This document shows, piece by piece, positions 163,801-179,794 of a stretch of DNA of 248,000 bases. A program made the position numbers and the translations under genes. The DNA is from Wallemia ichthyophaga EXF-994 (Eukaryota; Fungi; Basidiomycota). The notes below the pieces were generated by a model that did no database searches, was not told the DNA's origin, and saw only the letters and a list, made by a program, of their open reading frames with translations. Numbering within the stretch: position 1 is the stretch's first letter; each line of letters begins with the position of its first letter. Where the stretch lies: positions 20,001-268,000 of the forward strand of contig NW_008806284.1 in assembly GCF_000400465.1 (NCBI RefSeq). Direction: 5' to 3'.

Positions 163801-165877
163801 ACGTGTGGAAAATACTCTCGCACTACCGTCATTGATGCACACAATAAACCAGAATTCGAAAGGGTGTTGCAGGTACTAGAATGGGCCAATGTGAGGGGTA
163901 TGAGTCAATGTCAACAGATGTATTATATCAAGAGAACACTCGAATGGTTCGACGCGGTAGCTGACTTGAGTGCTGTAAAGTATGCACAACAAGTAGACGC
164001 CCTTCTTCAGGAATCTGTAATGCTGCAGCTCGATTTTCACCCTCAGGTCGATCTGCTCAAGGTGCTGAAAGCATCAGGTTTCACATGGCGCTCAAAGGCC
164101 CTCAAATTGTGCTCTCACGTCGCCATCTCTCCAGAGGAAGTCCAGAAGTTGCTCAATGAAAACGAGATTAAAGACGAAAATCTGGAAGCAGATTTCGAGC
164201 GGATGATGGTGTTTAATGGTCATGTGCGTAACGCTCTCGATCATAATGTCGACAGCCTTAGCCATGATGGAGCCTTCTTGGAAAATGCCAAGACGGAGCT
164301 CGAATTCGTTAAGAAATATCGTTTCAAAGTGAAGAACTACAAGAATTTCGACATGCTGATGAAGCTCTATGAGACGTTTATACGGAAATTGAGCAACGCA
164401 CTGCGCATCGATCTCGTTGGTTTTGACGAGCTGAAGTTGGAGAAGCAGGCACAGTTCGAGATAGAGAAGGTAAGTATGATTGGGAAAGATGCTTATCGTT
164501 TCTGACTGTTTGATCACAGTTACATAAACGACTACTCGAGCGCACTAACACTGCAGATGGCACCGAACGCATGTGTGTGTGTAGAGCAGAGAAGACCAAC
164601 GTAAACGAAAGTGATGATAATGTGATGGATTGTAATACCTGCGGTGTGGCTTTCCACAAGGCTTGTCTGCCAGATGGGCACTTAGCAGCACAGACAAATG
164701 ACACATTCGATTGTCTGGTTTGCAAACCGGTTGTCAAAACAATTGACCAGGACGACCTTCCTAATTACAAGCAACTCGCATCGATCAGAAAGAACAGCAT
164801 CGATGGCTACTACGACAAAGTCAGAGTACGTACCGTACCTGTGAAGTGTTTAGTCGATATTTATGAAAGGTGTGAGGGCGACGGTTATATAAAGATGCTA
164901 GGGGAAGCTTCTGCCTCGGAAGATATTGGAGTCTTGCGCAATACCGCTCTTACGCTTTTAGGACTCGGTGTCACATTCGAAGGCTTCGACCCAGCTGTGT
165001 TGATAGACAAGATCCACACTCTCAGCGCGGGTAAGAAGAGGAAGTCAGAGGTGAATGCAAATGGCTTTGATGACCCATGGGCAAGGACGCAAGGACGCAC
165101 GCGCAGACCCAAGTTTCTCTTCCATCAAGATCCACCAACGGTGAACGAAGCGGATGACAAAGGCATAGTGAAGCATTGTATATGCCAGAAATTCAAGGAC
165201 AAAGTACAAAATCAGATTAGTACAATGATTTTGGGATGCGATAGATGTAAGAATTGGTTCCACGTTGAGTGTATGGGCGGCGCCCATCAGCTGGAGAGGC
165301 TCTCTGGTCAGAAATTCAATTGTCCGTGCTGCTCGCTCAAGTTTGGTAGATCGTTCCAGTTTATTCCAGTGTTAGTACAGGATCAGGGTAAGTAATGTGG
165401 TGCTGCGTGTAGATAGAAAAGCCTAACACACAAGCAGTCGACATTGGTAGCAGCATATACGTCGATATTGGCCAGACTGTGAAAGCATTAAACCATCTAG
165501 TCAAGTTCGAGGCTGCGCCAAAATTGGTGGATGAAACCGTTATCGTGTTGCATCTGCATAAGTTTATTATAGGTGCAATTGAGCTGCCTACTCAGAGCAA
165601 CGTTTCAAACAAGAGCGCTATGAGCACGCCGGATTCTACCGTGGACGGTGTTAAGAGGAGAAAAATCAAGGAAGAGCCTGATCAGCAGGAACAGCAGGAA
165701 CAACAGGAGCAGCAGGAAGAGCTAGAACAAGAAGAAGAAGAAAATCAGGAACAACAAGAGCAGCAACAGGAACAGCAATCAGCAGCACGTACAACACGCA
165801 TCGGTAAAATCACAGGATGGCACCCTGCTGGTGATAACAGCGATATGGGAAGCGTAGATATAGAAATCTCAGTATAA
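160840..165877 (+). CDS. KDM5/JARID1 histone demethylase (Lid2-like)
   Basis: JmjN CPVFYPT, ARID, PHD, JmjC FCWHNEDH, C5HC2 zinc finger, C-terminal PHDs. Confidence 0.93.
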
Positions 165878-165972
165878 AGAAAATAAATTTAAATTATTTC
165901 ACATAACTCTTGTATTTCTGTAATCTATCTTTTAGCAATTGACGTCCATCTTCAAAGTCACAGGAGATATCG

Positions 165973-168841
165973 ATGGAAAGAGAAGGCGATGACGACGGCA
166001 ACGGCAGCAAATTGGATTCGGCCGATGGATCCAACAGTCCGAATCCACCACAGTCTGCGGAGCTTAGCAGTCCACCAAAGGAAGCAGACAAGGCTCCAAA
166101 GACCGACTCACACGACTCACGCGACCTCCAACAACGCGACAGCGGGATATCTCCGAAAGACCCCAGCTCTAGTCCACCGCCTTCAGACGCTGCTCGACGT
166201 GTCAAGATATATAAGCTCACTACCCAAGACTGGGTCGATCATGGCACTGGGTTTTGCACGGGAATCTACGACTCAGACCACGACGAGGCGATGCTTGTCG
166301 TTACCAACGAAGACAACCAAGATCAGGTACTCCTCAATCATCATATAAGTCCCGCCGATATATACTCGCGGCAGCAAGATACTTTGATAGTATGGACAGA
166401 GTCTGATGGCACTGACTGTGCTCTCTCTTTCCAGGAAGCTGATGGCTGTCTCGAAATGTGGGACTTCATCTCCCAGGTCCAGCGACACGTTCAGAAGGCT
166501 GATGATTATCCGTATATCATCGATTCACCCGTCCAGCGGAGACAAAAATCGAGTCAAAAACTTAACCTGCCGCCGGAACGTCCAGACTTGGGAAATTTGG
166601 AAGACGTGTGCTTCTGTATAAAGGAGTGCCTTACTAGGACCATCACCAACATGCATCAAAAAGAACGGTTCATCACTTGGCTCATTAACAATAATTACAT
166701 CGCTCAGCTTATTTCAGTTTTCAATCAAGCTGAGGACCTAGAAGCACTGAGCGAATTGCACGTACTGTGCACTATCTTCCATCAGCTATGTGAGACGTCT
166801 TCTTTACCTCGTGGATGATTACTCACACTGTCTCACAGTATCGGCAAATGATAGCGTTGTTTTTGAGTATGTCCTTTCCGATGATATATTCTTGGGCATG
166901 TGCGGTGTGTTGGAGTATGACCCTGAGTATCCTACTCTCAAAGCATCGTATCGACTCGATCTCACTACGACATCGCGATACAAAGAAGTAGTGCAGATCA
167001 ATGACCTAGGCTTGAAGTCTAAGATACATCAGACCTACCGTCTCCTATACCTCAAAGACGTAATTTTGGCGAGAACTCTAGACGACTCGACTTTCACTTT
167101 ACTCAATTCATTCGTCTATTATAACCAGATCGATATCATAAAACATATCCAAAACGATAAGGATTTCCTCGATAGGTTGTTTGGGATCTTCAGCGATTCA
167201 TCAAGTGATACTGTCGATCCGCCACCTACTTTACGTCAAGATGCAGTCTTGTTCCTTAGGGATTTATGCACGATGGGCAAAAACGTACAGATACAGACAA
167301 GGCAGGAGCTTTATAGGGCGTTAGTCAATCGAAACTTATTGAACGTTTGCAAATGGTCAATCAAGAGGAGTGAACCGATCTTGCATAATACTGGGTCAGA
167401 AATCCTAATGATCGTCATTGACAATGAGCCTAATACTGTCAGACTTTATATTCTCAACGAAGCAAATTCGACAAAGGAGAAATCCAAGGAGAATTACACA
167501 CTAATGCAGGAGATGTGCTTTAGCTTGGATAGCAGTAGAGATCTAGGATATAGGAATCAAATAGCTGAGGCTATCAGATTGCTTCTCGAGCCGCCGCTAT
167601 CTGCGTCAGAAGCTGCGTGGACAGTCGCTAAACCTAAGGCTGATCCTACGAGTGATGAGTTCCTCAGCTATTTCTATGATACATGTATCAATGGACTCTT
167701 CAAGCCACTGCTCGATATTCCTGACATATCTCTACATGAAGGTAAGTGAGGACATATTATAGTTGACGCAATCTAACTATATCAAAGCACCTCCTCAACT
167801 TGACTTTGACAAAGCCACTCTAGCGCTTGCTCTCTGCGATCTCCTGTCTTTCTTCGTCTTGAATCATCACTTCAGAGCACAATACTTTATCCTCCAAACG
167901 CCTATCTCGGCTAAGATAGTACAATTACTGCGCGTCAAGCAGAAGTATTTGAGGCTTGGTGGGTTATTTATTAAAATTACGGTCTTTGCTGATATAGTTT
168001 AGCCGCATTGCGATACCTCCGCGCTTGCGTCTCGCTCAATAATGAGTTTATAGTGCGGTACATCGATAAGCAGGACATATTCAAACCAATGCTCGATGTT
168101 GCTCTAAGAGAGGGCCGTAAGGATAACCTGATCAGCGCTTCTATTCTGGATCTTTTTGAAACAATTCGAAGAATTAATAACAGGACGATGATTAATAGTC
168201 TAGTTGGAAATCATGAGGACGATGTGAAGCAATTGATTAAATACCCCCTACTGAGTGAATTATTCACTAAATTGTACTACAGATGGGAGCAGCTCAATGA
168301 ACCAGCCCAGCCAGAGGCGTCAACGAGCACCGTGATTGATAATTCGGGCGGGTTCATTCGTGAACGAAAATCAAGTGATGCAACAGCTGAGGATGACTAC
168401 TTTAATAAGGATGACGGTGAAGATGAGGCTCGTAATTATATAAACGACGATCCTGGCGGAGGAGGATTAGGGCCAGGGTCGGGTTCGCATAAAGTAACGC
168501 ATCAATCACTTAACAACACGCCGACTGCCACGTCGACAAGTCTTGTCGATTACATGGATGAAGACGAGGAAGAGAATACACGGCCTTTACCTGAAACACC
168601 TAAAAAAGAAGAGGAGGAAGAGGAGAAGCAGGAGCAGGGAGAGAAAGAAAAGCCAGCTGAGGATCGACTTACACAAATGGAAGTGAAGCTGTCGGAGAAG
168701 AGGCAGCGCGAAGATGATGAAGATGACCAGGTTGCTCAGTTGATGCATAGTAAGAAACGACTCTCACCGAATGTTAGTGAGACTCAGACTAATGATGATA
168801 AATGTTCAACGAGTAGTTCGAATAATAGTGTCAGCAGTTAA
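165973..168841 (+). CDS. PSY2: PP4 regulatory subunit Psy2/SMEK
   Basis: RRVKIYKL...W.DHGTG, RQQDTLIVWTE, LEYDP. Confidence 0.92.
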
Positions 168842-168990
168842 TGATTAATTCCTATAACATTTATACACATATTTATTGTCATTGCCGATATTGCCGCCAT
168901 TATGTTTGATAAAATACCATTTAAGTAACTTCTAAAGCCTTTAAATGCCTTGAGCTAAAGGATTACGACATTCTTGGATCTGAAGACACC

Positions 168991-171292
168991 TTGTTGTTTA
169001 TGACCACCAACACGGAATGTATAAATGCTTATTCCGAGATCTACAAATATCCCAAGAGGAGGCACTTAAATCAAAACTCTCATAGTGAAAATATCGACGC
169101 CACCACTCAATCTCTCCCTTCGAAATCACAGCCGTCGACTTCGACCCACGCCGCAACCGTATCGGGAATTTCATCACCATCCAACGGCACCAAACTTAAA
169201 GACAGAGTTTTGTCTAGGCTAGCTTGGTCAAAGAGGGAGGATATACCATCACTGTTTGATGAGCGTGCTTCCGTTAAGTTCGCATTAGATAGGTGCTATG
169301 ACTGGGAGGAGAGTATTGCGATATACAAAGACAACCGCGTGGAAATCTACGGTGATCATTCAATGCCATTCAGGATGAGCAAAGAAGTCAAGTTGAGCGT
169401 CGATTTACAATCAAATGGCACCAGCGTCAGCTTGTACTCCGCCACAGATTTCTGTCTCTGTATACGCACCTCACCGCCTAAACACCATTTACCCAGACGA
169501 TACGCTGGTACTAATCTTATTTTCCTCAAATTCAAGACTATCAAGATTGCCAAGACGTGGTTATGGACAATGTGGACAATTAAGAATTCAAACAAACTTC
169601 CAAAAGAATTAGATGTCAAGCTGCCAGCTCTTGGTTCCCACGTCAGGTTCCCAATCGACTTTACTGATCACAATGATGTCAATAGCCACGCGATAGTTGC
169701 AAGATGTAGAAACATACTTACTAGAATGGACATCAGAGGTGTCACTCCAGAAAAATCTACACAAACAGGCTTCTCATTATGCTGGCGTAGAGGTAAGTTC
169801 GGTCTAGAGTGGTTGAGTAACCAAGCTACGTACGAAGAGATTCTCGTTGGTTGTTGCATGCTCCAAACTCAGGTATTTCCAAAATTGGAACTAAGAAGAC
169901 GAGCATTTGAAAAAGTTGGCATTAAATACGACGCCAACACCACACTATACCCTCCTCAACCAGTTGAAGGCCATCTCAGTAGAATAACGCTGATATCACA
170001 AAAAAGAGTAAAGACATACCTCAGTACACATGATTCTCTTATTTTCGTGCTCAAAAATACAACAGCGTCGCTGAAAGCATCACATGATGATGAGTTAGAC
170101 AAGATGCGTTGCTGTAGACAGATCAGAGAGGCTGTTGGTTTCATTGATATGGGACATATCGTATCAATTAGAAGGATTTTTGAGAGTCCAAAACGTAAAG
170201 ACGAATACCCGATCTATATCGACGACAAGCTCCACAACGGCGATAAGGTCTGGGACAAGCATGAGGAGGGTGACGAAGGAAGTGAAGAAGTGTTTGGAAA
170301 ACTATCTCAGAATGAGAAGAACGAGCTACATACAAGGAGGCAATTTGGACTGGAGTTAGTCTCTGGTCACTTTGCCAAGTTTGAAGTGAGTATCGGGAAT
170401 TTTAAGTTTCCGCATAGGCTAATCTTCAACAGGCACCCTCAGTTAAGCTTTGCTTAGAATGGATTGTAAGCTTAGGAGAGTTATGCTCGTATTGGAATAA
170501 ACGAACGAGAACAGACGCAAATCTGTTGATGGAAATATCGAATTGCGGACTAGCTGCACCTCATGCTGCAAACGCAATCAATCAACTAGTCGTACCGACG
170601 AATATACCCCATAATGATGATGACGGACCAGCTGTTGAAGATCCAGATGCCGGTGCACCGCTCCTATCACAGCTTTGGAACTGGAGTGTACTTGAGAACA
170701 TCAAACCTATAGTGAAAATCGGAAAATGCTTTATGAGGAAGTCTTTTAGAGGATCTTGGAGGTGGGAGCATTACAATCGCATGTTGCTACTTCTGACAGT
170801 TGCAATAGTGAATACATACTTATTCTTACTGCTGATGGAATGCTACATAGATGGCAGATAGCCCCACTCAATCCATCGAAAAGTAAGAAAGCCAATGAGA
170901 TACTTAATAGAAAAAAGTCTTCAATAAGTCTTTATCACGCATTCGTATTAACATCAGATGATTTGATACTCGTTAATTCCAGCGACGAGATACAGACACC
171001 AACAAAAGGGCTGCGAATGTCATCAAGGAGAGCAGCTAAAGCTCCTGATAGACTGTATGACGATGGACTTATCGCATGTGAATCTGAACCCTCAGACCTG
171101 GCATTCATGCTGTGGTGCAGACCTAAGTCGAAGAAGGCTATTGATTGCTTGGATAAGGACGCGGATAAATTCGAAGTTAGAACTAGATCAAGGTTGGAGA
171201 GGGATCACTGGTGCTGGTGTTTGGAATCAATTATTGATAGAATCTCAGAAGAAAACAATGATGTTTTTAGAAACGTTTCTGGGATTTCCTAA
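168991..171292 (+). CDS. Spo71/Mug56-like PH-domain protein
   Basis: Tandem PH-like regions; YLSTHD..IF; EVRTRSRLERDHWCWCL; start uncertain. Confidence 0.6.
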
Positions 171293-171332
171293 TGTGTTTT
171301 GTATTTGTACATTTCTTTTTAACTATACATCC

Positions 171333-174361
<3,029 letters not shown>

Positions 174362-174387
174362 TCCACACTACACCGTCATCGACGTGA

Positions 174388-174717
174388 TTAAAGCGATAGA
174401 TATAGTATAATACAAATTAATATTCCGATAAAATTAATTTGCGTGGGTGGTATAGCGCTCGTAGCATGTGAAATTGTCGTGCAGCTTGTGTTTGCGATTG
174501 AATACGTGTGCAAGCTAGCCTTCAGTTGGGTGGTGTTGTAGTAGTAACAAGTCGGTTGAGTGTGATTCTGGCATTCGGTACTTTGAAAATCTCCGCCAAC
174601 GGCGCTGCAGGCCATCTTTATAGCCTGGCGCCGTATTTCCGAATCGTTAGGCGTATACACGAAAAAGGTGCCTGTGCACCCCCTATCGCCGTCGTCGAAG
174701 CATGTAGAGCTTTCCAT
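174388..174717 (-). CDS. Small Cys-containing membrane/GPI-like protein
   Basis: 109 aa ORF with five Cys and hydrophobic C-terminus; 5' exon not resolved. Confidence 0.4.
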   Translation of the reverse strand: MESSTCFDDGDRGCTGTFFVYTPNDSEIRRQAIKMACSAVGGDFQSTECQNHTQPTCYYYNTTQLKASLHTYSIANTSCTTISHATSAIPPTQINFIGILICIILYLSL

Positions 174718-174880
174718 TTAGTGGTGCAACTGCGAACGCGTCAGCCTTATTACCGCTGCCAATTTCCTGCCTACTATCCCAGTCCCACTTTGCGGTTTGG
174801 TGTGATGAGCAACATATAAAATGCCTGGACGAACGTAATTGATCTCAGGAACCGAATTAGAGATACAAATTTGACCGATT

Positions 174881-175684
174881 TTATATTTTCTCATAGATGC
174901 GAACGATGCAACGCGCATTCTCCAACTTGATGGGATAATCTATGCTTTCAGACAGCCTGAACCACTTGGAATCCTCGGAACACACCTTGTTCCACTTGCT
175001 CTGCAGGGTGTGATCGAGTATCATCGTCAGCGGGTACTCTCGCCCACCGCCTCCGACTTGTATATTCGATAAGCCAACGCTCTCCGCAACAACCAGCTTT
175101 GTGCCAGGCTTAGACTGCTCAGTTATCTTGTTGAGGAGCTGCAAAGTGGACTTCTTGGACTGAATAAAAAGCTCTGATATTGTAAACAGTATCGTTATCA
175201 TATCCACTCCCTCATAAGAAATACTGCTGTCACTTAAGACGTTTTTATTGAGAAATTCAACGTCTACGCCATCCTTGAATTCAGTTTGCAGCCTATTAAC
175301 CACCTTGTCCCACTTTCCAATGTCTATCAGCGAAAGCTGCACGTCGCTTAAACCAATCTCTTCTACTAGATGCTGCATTCCACTCAGCTCAGATCCTGCT
175401 CCTCCTCCGATGCTGTTAACACGCATCCCGTCTCTCAGTCCAAGCAGCCTGCTGTGTTCCTTCATCATCCTGTAGTACACAATAGCCCTCGACGGCACGT
175501 ATCTCGCCAGATACGCATCGAGATACTCGTCATTCCCAAACGCTTCCAAGTAGTTTTTGTTGTACAGGTCACGCTTCAAACATTGCAATATACTGCTGAA
175601 ATACCTGCTCGTAATCGTAGATGATGTAATTTTCTTGAACTTATCGACCAATGCTTGTTCTCGATCGGGTGATTCGGAGATCAT
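174881..175684 (-). CDS. BMT6: 25S rRNA uridine-N3 methyltransferase Bmt6-like
   Basis: KRDLYNKNYLEAF...AYLARY.PSRA..Y, IGGGAGSE. Confidence 0.78.
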   Translation of the reverse strand: MISESPDREQALVDKFKKITSSTITSRYFSSILQCLKRDLYNKNYLEAFGNDEYLDAYLARYVPSRAIVYYRMMKEHSRLLGLRDGMRVNSIGGGAGSELSGMQHLVEEIGLSDVQLSLIDIGKWDKVVNRLQTEFKDGVDVEFLNKNVLSDSSISYEGVDMITILFTISELFIQSKKSTLQLLNKITEQSKPGTKLVVAESVGLSNIQVGGGGREYPLTMILDHTLQSKWNKVCSEDSKWFRLSESIDYPIKLENARCIVRIYEKI

Positions 175685-175898
175685 GATATATCTTGATGAT
175701 TTGAGTTAAAGGGGTAGGAATTTGCAATTCGAGGGCTTCTGAGAGTAGCATGTAAAAACTTACAGAGAGAGTAGGAAGTCTGTGACTGCGACGAACATTT
175801 GGCCGCAAAAGTTTTTCCGCGACAAAGACACAAAGTACTAAATAGGAATAAGTCTAAATGCATCGAAATATATTACAAGTATCCGAAAAATCCATAAT

Positions 175899-177681
175899 CT
175901 ATGCTGTTACTGTTTTATCCGACTGTTCGCTCTTCTCCTCCAAACCCAGCATCTCCTTCTCGCGTTGCTCATACTCTCTTATAGATTGGCTAAACTGCGA
176001 CTTCTGTCTGATCTTCTCCCCGTACTTAAACAGAATAAATGGTACCACCCCGAGCAATGCCGCTATGATTGCTATAGTGCAGCTCGTCCAGTTGAAACCC
176101 GTCATTGAGTCATACCACCGGGTGATATAAAGCGGTGTAGTTCCACCCATGAGATTTCTAAAGACATTCTGTGCAGATATAGCCGAAGACGCATAGAGTC
176201 TGTAAGCATCGCTCATGTACGCGAAGGAGGTATTGTAGATGATGTAGATACTGAACAGGATGACAGTGAGTCCTACACACTGCCCCATCCAATGGACATC
176301 CGGATAAGACGTCCATGCATAGATGAAGCATCCAACAGGGAGGCAAACACCACCCACCATAGCCAGGTACAGTCTAGCTTCCGGTGTCCTCTTTTTCTGG
176401 TAGAGTCTCTCCTGCAAAAAGTAGTTGGCAATACCGCCAAGGGCCAATCCCAATACGAATGTGATGTAAAGCAACCCGATTGAGCCAGGTGACCAATCGC
176501 GCTGTGTCTGGAATATGTGTCCGATAGAAGAAATGATAGAATAGAAAATAAACCACGCGAAACCCATCCATAGCGAAAACGCGATGACTATAGGCTCGGT
176601 GAAGAGAATGTAAATAGGTCGCGTCACAGACACTGTCATGAGTTGTTTGAAGTTTGGTCTCTCCAATTCCGATTTGGCTACATAGCGATTATCACCTGTC
176701 TTTTTGCGCAGCTTCTTTGCTTTTGCGTTAAGTACAGCAGATGCGCGTGTCTCTCCCATTGCAATGATGAAGAAAAACCATACGAATGTAGCGATGAGCT
176801 CGACGTATTCTATCCATTCGTAACCGAGGCCCTTCTCCATCATCCACGAGAAACAAAGTGGAAAAATTCCAGCCTGTTGTCTTCATTAGAACGGTTTGTT
176901 TCAACAGCTGGTTCGCACTCACACCCTGCAATGCTGACATAGAGAAAAACGACATGGGTATGCCCCTAGTCTCGTCGTCGAAAATGTCAGCAATAGATCC
177001 ACCGACGAGTGTCGAACCTGCAGTATGTTAGTTTTGGCTGTTTGTTTCGAGCCGAACATACCGGTCGACGCTGCCAAACCGCTTATTAGTCTACCCAGCA
177101 CAACTCCGGTTATGGTGGGCGACAGCGAGATAGTGATAAACATGCACATAAAGATAAAGTAGCTAACTACGTATACTCTGTATCTGCCGATTATTTCTGA
177201 AAACGGAGCCAGAAAGAGCGGTCCAAGTGCGTAGCTGGGTTTGAGGTGAGTTGTGACGCTTTGAGCTCGAAATCTCCATACCCAATAACATAAATGCTGC
177301 GTAAGAGTATTAGAGGTGCTTATCATCGTTCGTTCTCGCACTCACCCTAATCCGAGCTCGAACAAGGTGGAAGAAGTGTTGAGCTGCTCAATCAAATCAG
177401 CTTCAGCGCCAGGAGCTGCATAGCCTGAATAGTATAAATCAGATACTCTATCGCCGTTTTACAGAGCTATTTCGTACCACTAGACGCCCCGCTAACCAAA
177501 AATGAGAAGCCACATAAAGCCAGCGTTGTAAAGTACTTCCGCCTTAATCACAATCTTAGACGCCTGCTTCGAAAATCTACGTAACCCACGGCTTAGACCA
177601 GTTAAAGGGATTCTCGTGCTCCTCTAACGATACCCAAATGACCTCGCTATCCTTGCTGGCCTCATTGTCATCTTTGCTCAT
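175899..177681 (-). CDS. MFS DHA1 transporter (cluster copy 1)
   Basis: ENPFNW, PFSEIIGR, ETRAS.VL, PEARL, Y.SDAY..YASSA. Confidence 0.88.
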
Positions 177682-177826
177682 AGCTTGATTTGCGTTTCGT
177701 CGTAAGAATTAAACCGATGTCCCGGTGAATGTAACTATGACTGTTTCTATGACTCACCCAACCGAGCTTATTCCACTCTAGCCGAAATCGCCTTTCATAA
177801 TCACAATCAACCTAAAACGGAAGAGA

Positions 177827-179543
177827 ATGGTAGCCACCGGAATTGATCCTGGTGATGATAGCTTCAGCCGGAGTTTAAGCAGATGCAGCACAGTCCACGA
177901 TTCTACTCCGCCAGAACAGAAATCAGTCTCAAATTGGGTGGAAATCGACGACAGTGATGACCCTCAACGCTGGCCGCAGTCTGAGAAGCTCAAGGTTATG
178001 ATTGCTACAATCGGATTTTGTATTCTGGTATCAGGTGCATCCTCTTCGTTCGCTGTCGGAGTTTCAAGTATGGTCGACGATCTCCATACTTCGACAGAAT
178101 TGGGTAGCACGGCGTTGGCTATTTTCGTTATTGGCTTTGCTATAGCTCCTATGTTCTTCGCCGGGGCGTCCGAAGAGCTCGGTAGAACTCCTATGTATGC
178201 TATCACGTTTACTATCTATGGCGCTATGTTTCTACCTATAGGATTATGCAGTAGCATCACTGGCATCATTATTTCTCGCTTTATTCAGGGTCTCGCTGGT
178301 AGCTCTGGCAGCACTATGGTCGCCGGTTAGTTGGCTACCCACTCTAGAGCAACTTTTGACGCTTGGTTGCAGGAACAATATCAGATCTATATGGTAGCCA
178401 TGAAAGGGGCATCTATATGAGCTTTTTTGCCTTGAGCACAATGTCTAGTAAGTTTGACTGCAATTACAAAATTCTCAATCTCATCGATCACTAGGCACGG
178501 GTATCACACCTATGGTCTACTCATTTGTGCCACTAAAAACATCGCTCAGTGTTGCAGGTAGCTCCGGTCAAGGTGGTTGGCGCTGGATTCAGATAATACA
178601 GTGTATAGTGACAGCGTGCTACGGCATAGTCATGGTTTTGTTTCTGAAAGAGACGCGCATAAACGTCATAATGAAGAAAAAGGCTAGGAGAATGCGCAAA
178701 GAGACTGGAGATACAACAATCAAGGCACATGCAGAAGTGTTCAAGCCAACTAAGAAGGAATTACTGCAACAAAGTCTCTTCAGACCCATGCAATACTTAA
178801 CCCAAGAACCTATAGTAATCGCTTTTAGCTTCTTTATCGGATATGCCTGGGCTATCTTCTACTCTTTTATTGCCAGTATCACTCACGTCTTCCTCACTCT
178901 TTACGAAGATAACTACGGCATGAATCAGGGTACTGTAGGATACGTTTATGCTTCGATCGTAGTGGGTAGTGTGTTTGGTTTCCTCTTCAACTACTTTTTC
179001 CAGGAGAAATTTTTCTTCCAACGTTTCAACAAGAGTCGTCCCGTTGAGGCAAGACTAGGCGGTGCGATGGCATCGGGAATTATTTTTCCAATTGGTGCAT
179101 TCATATACGCATTCACTCTATACCCACACGTCCACCCAGCCGGACCTTGTGTCGGGCTGACCGTCATCCTAACAGGCATGTTTTCCATCTACCTATCATC
179201 TATGTCATATCTAGCAGACTGTTACCAAGCAAACGCCAGTAGTGCATTAGCTGCGATTGCTTTGATTCGTAACCTGACCGGAGGTGTAGTTATTCTGGTA
179301 ATAAGGCAGTGGTATGATGGGATGGGATTTGTTTGGGCTGGTTTACTTATTAGCCTTCTGGCTGTAGTGTTTGCTACAGTACCCATAGCGCTCTTCTTCT
179401 TTGGCAAACAATTGCGAATGAGGTCGAAATTCGCTCAGGAGATAGCAAAGATGTTGGAGGACGAGCGACTTGCAGTAAAGCAGGAGCAATTCAGTGAGAA
179501 CCCCGTTGAGATAGACAGACGCACGTCTATACAGCAGGTGTAA
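177827..179543 (+). CDS. MFS DHA1 transporter (cluster copy 2)
   Basis: DDPQRWP, SEELGR, GGWRWIQIIQ, ETR, VEARL. Confidence 0.88.
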
Positions 179544-179794
179544 GGGTACATCTGTATATTTTGGATTATTTGGATTATTTTCGGATCATTTACAGCATTT
179601 TTCACCTCATTTAGAGCATTTTTCCACATTTTTCGCACTTTTCAAGAATCAGCCAATTGCATTTACATAAATTCAAGCATTGTAAAATACATTTTGATGA
179701 AATTAACGCGTTTTTTTACGCGACTTGTGCTGAGTCAATTCAAACCTTATCGTTAAAATTCGGTAGGGTATCCGAGTGAGAAGATAAAAATAGA

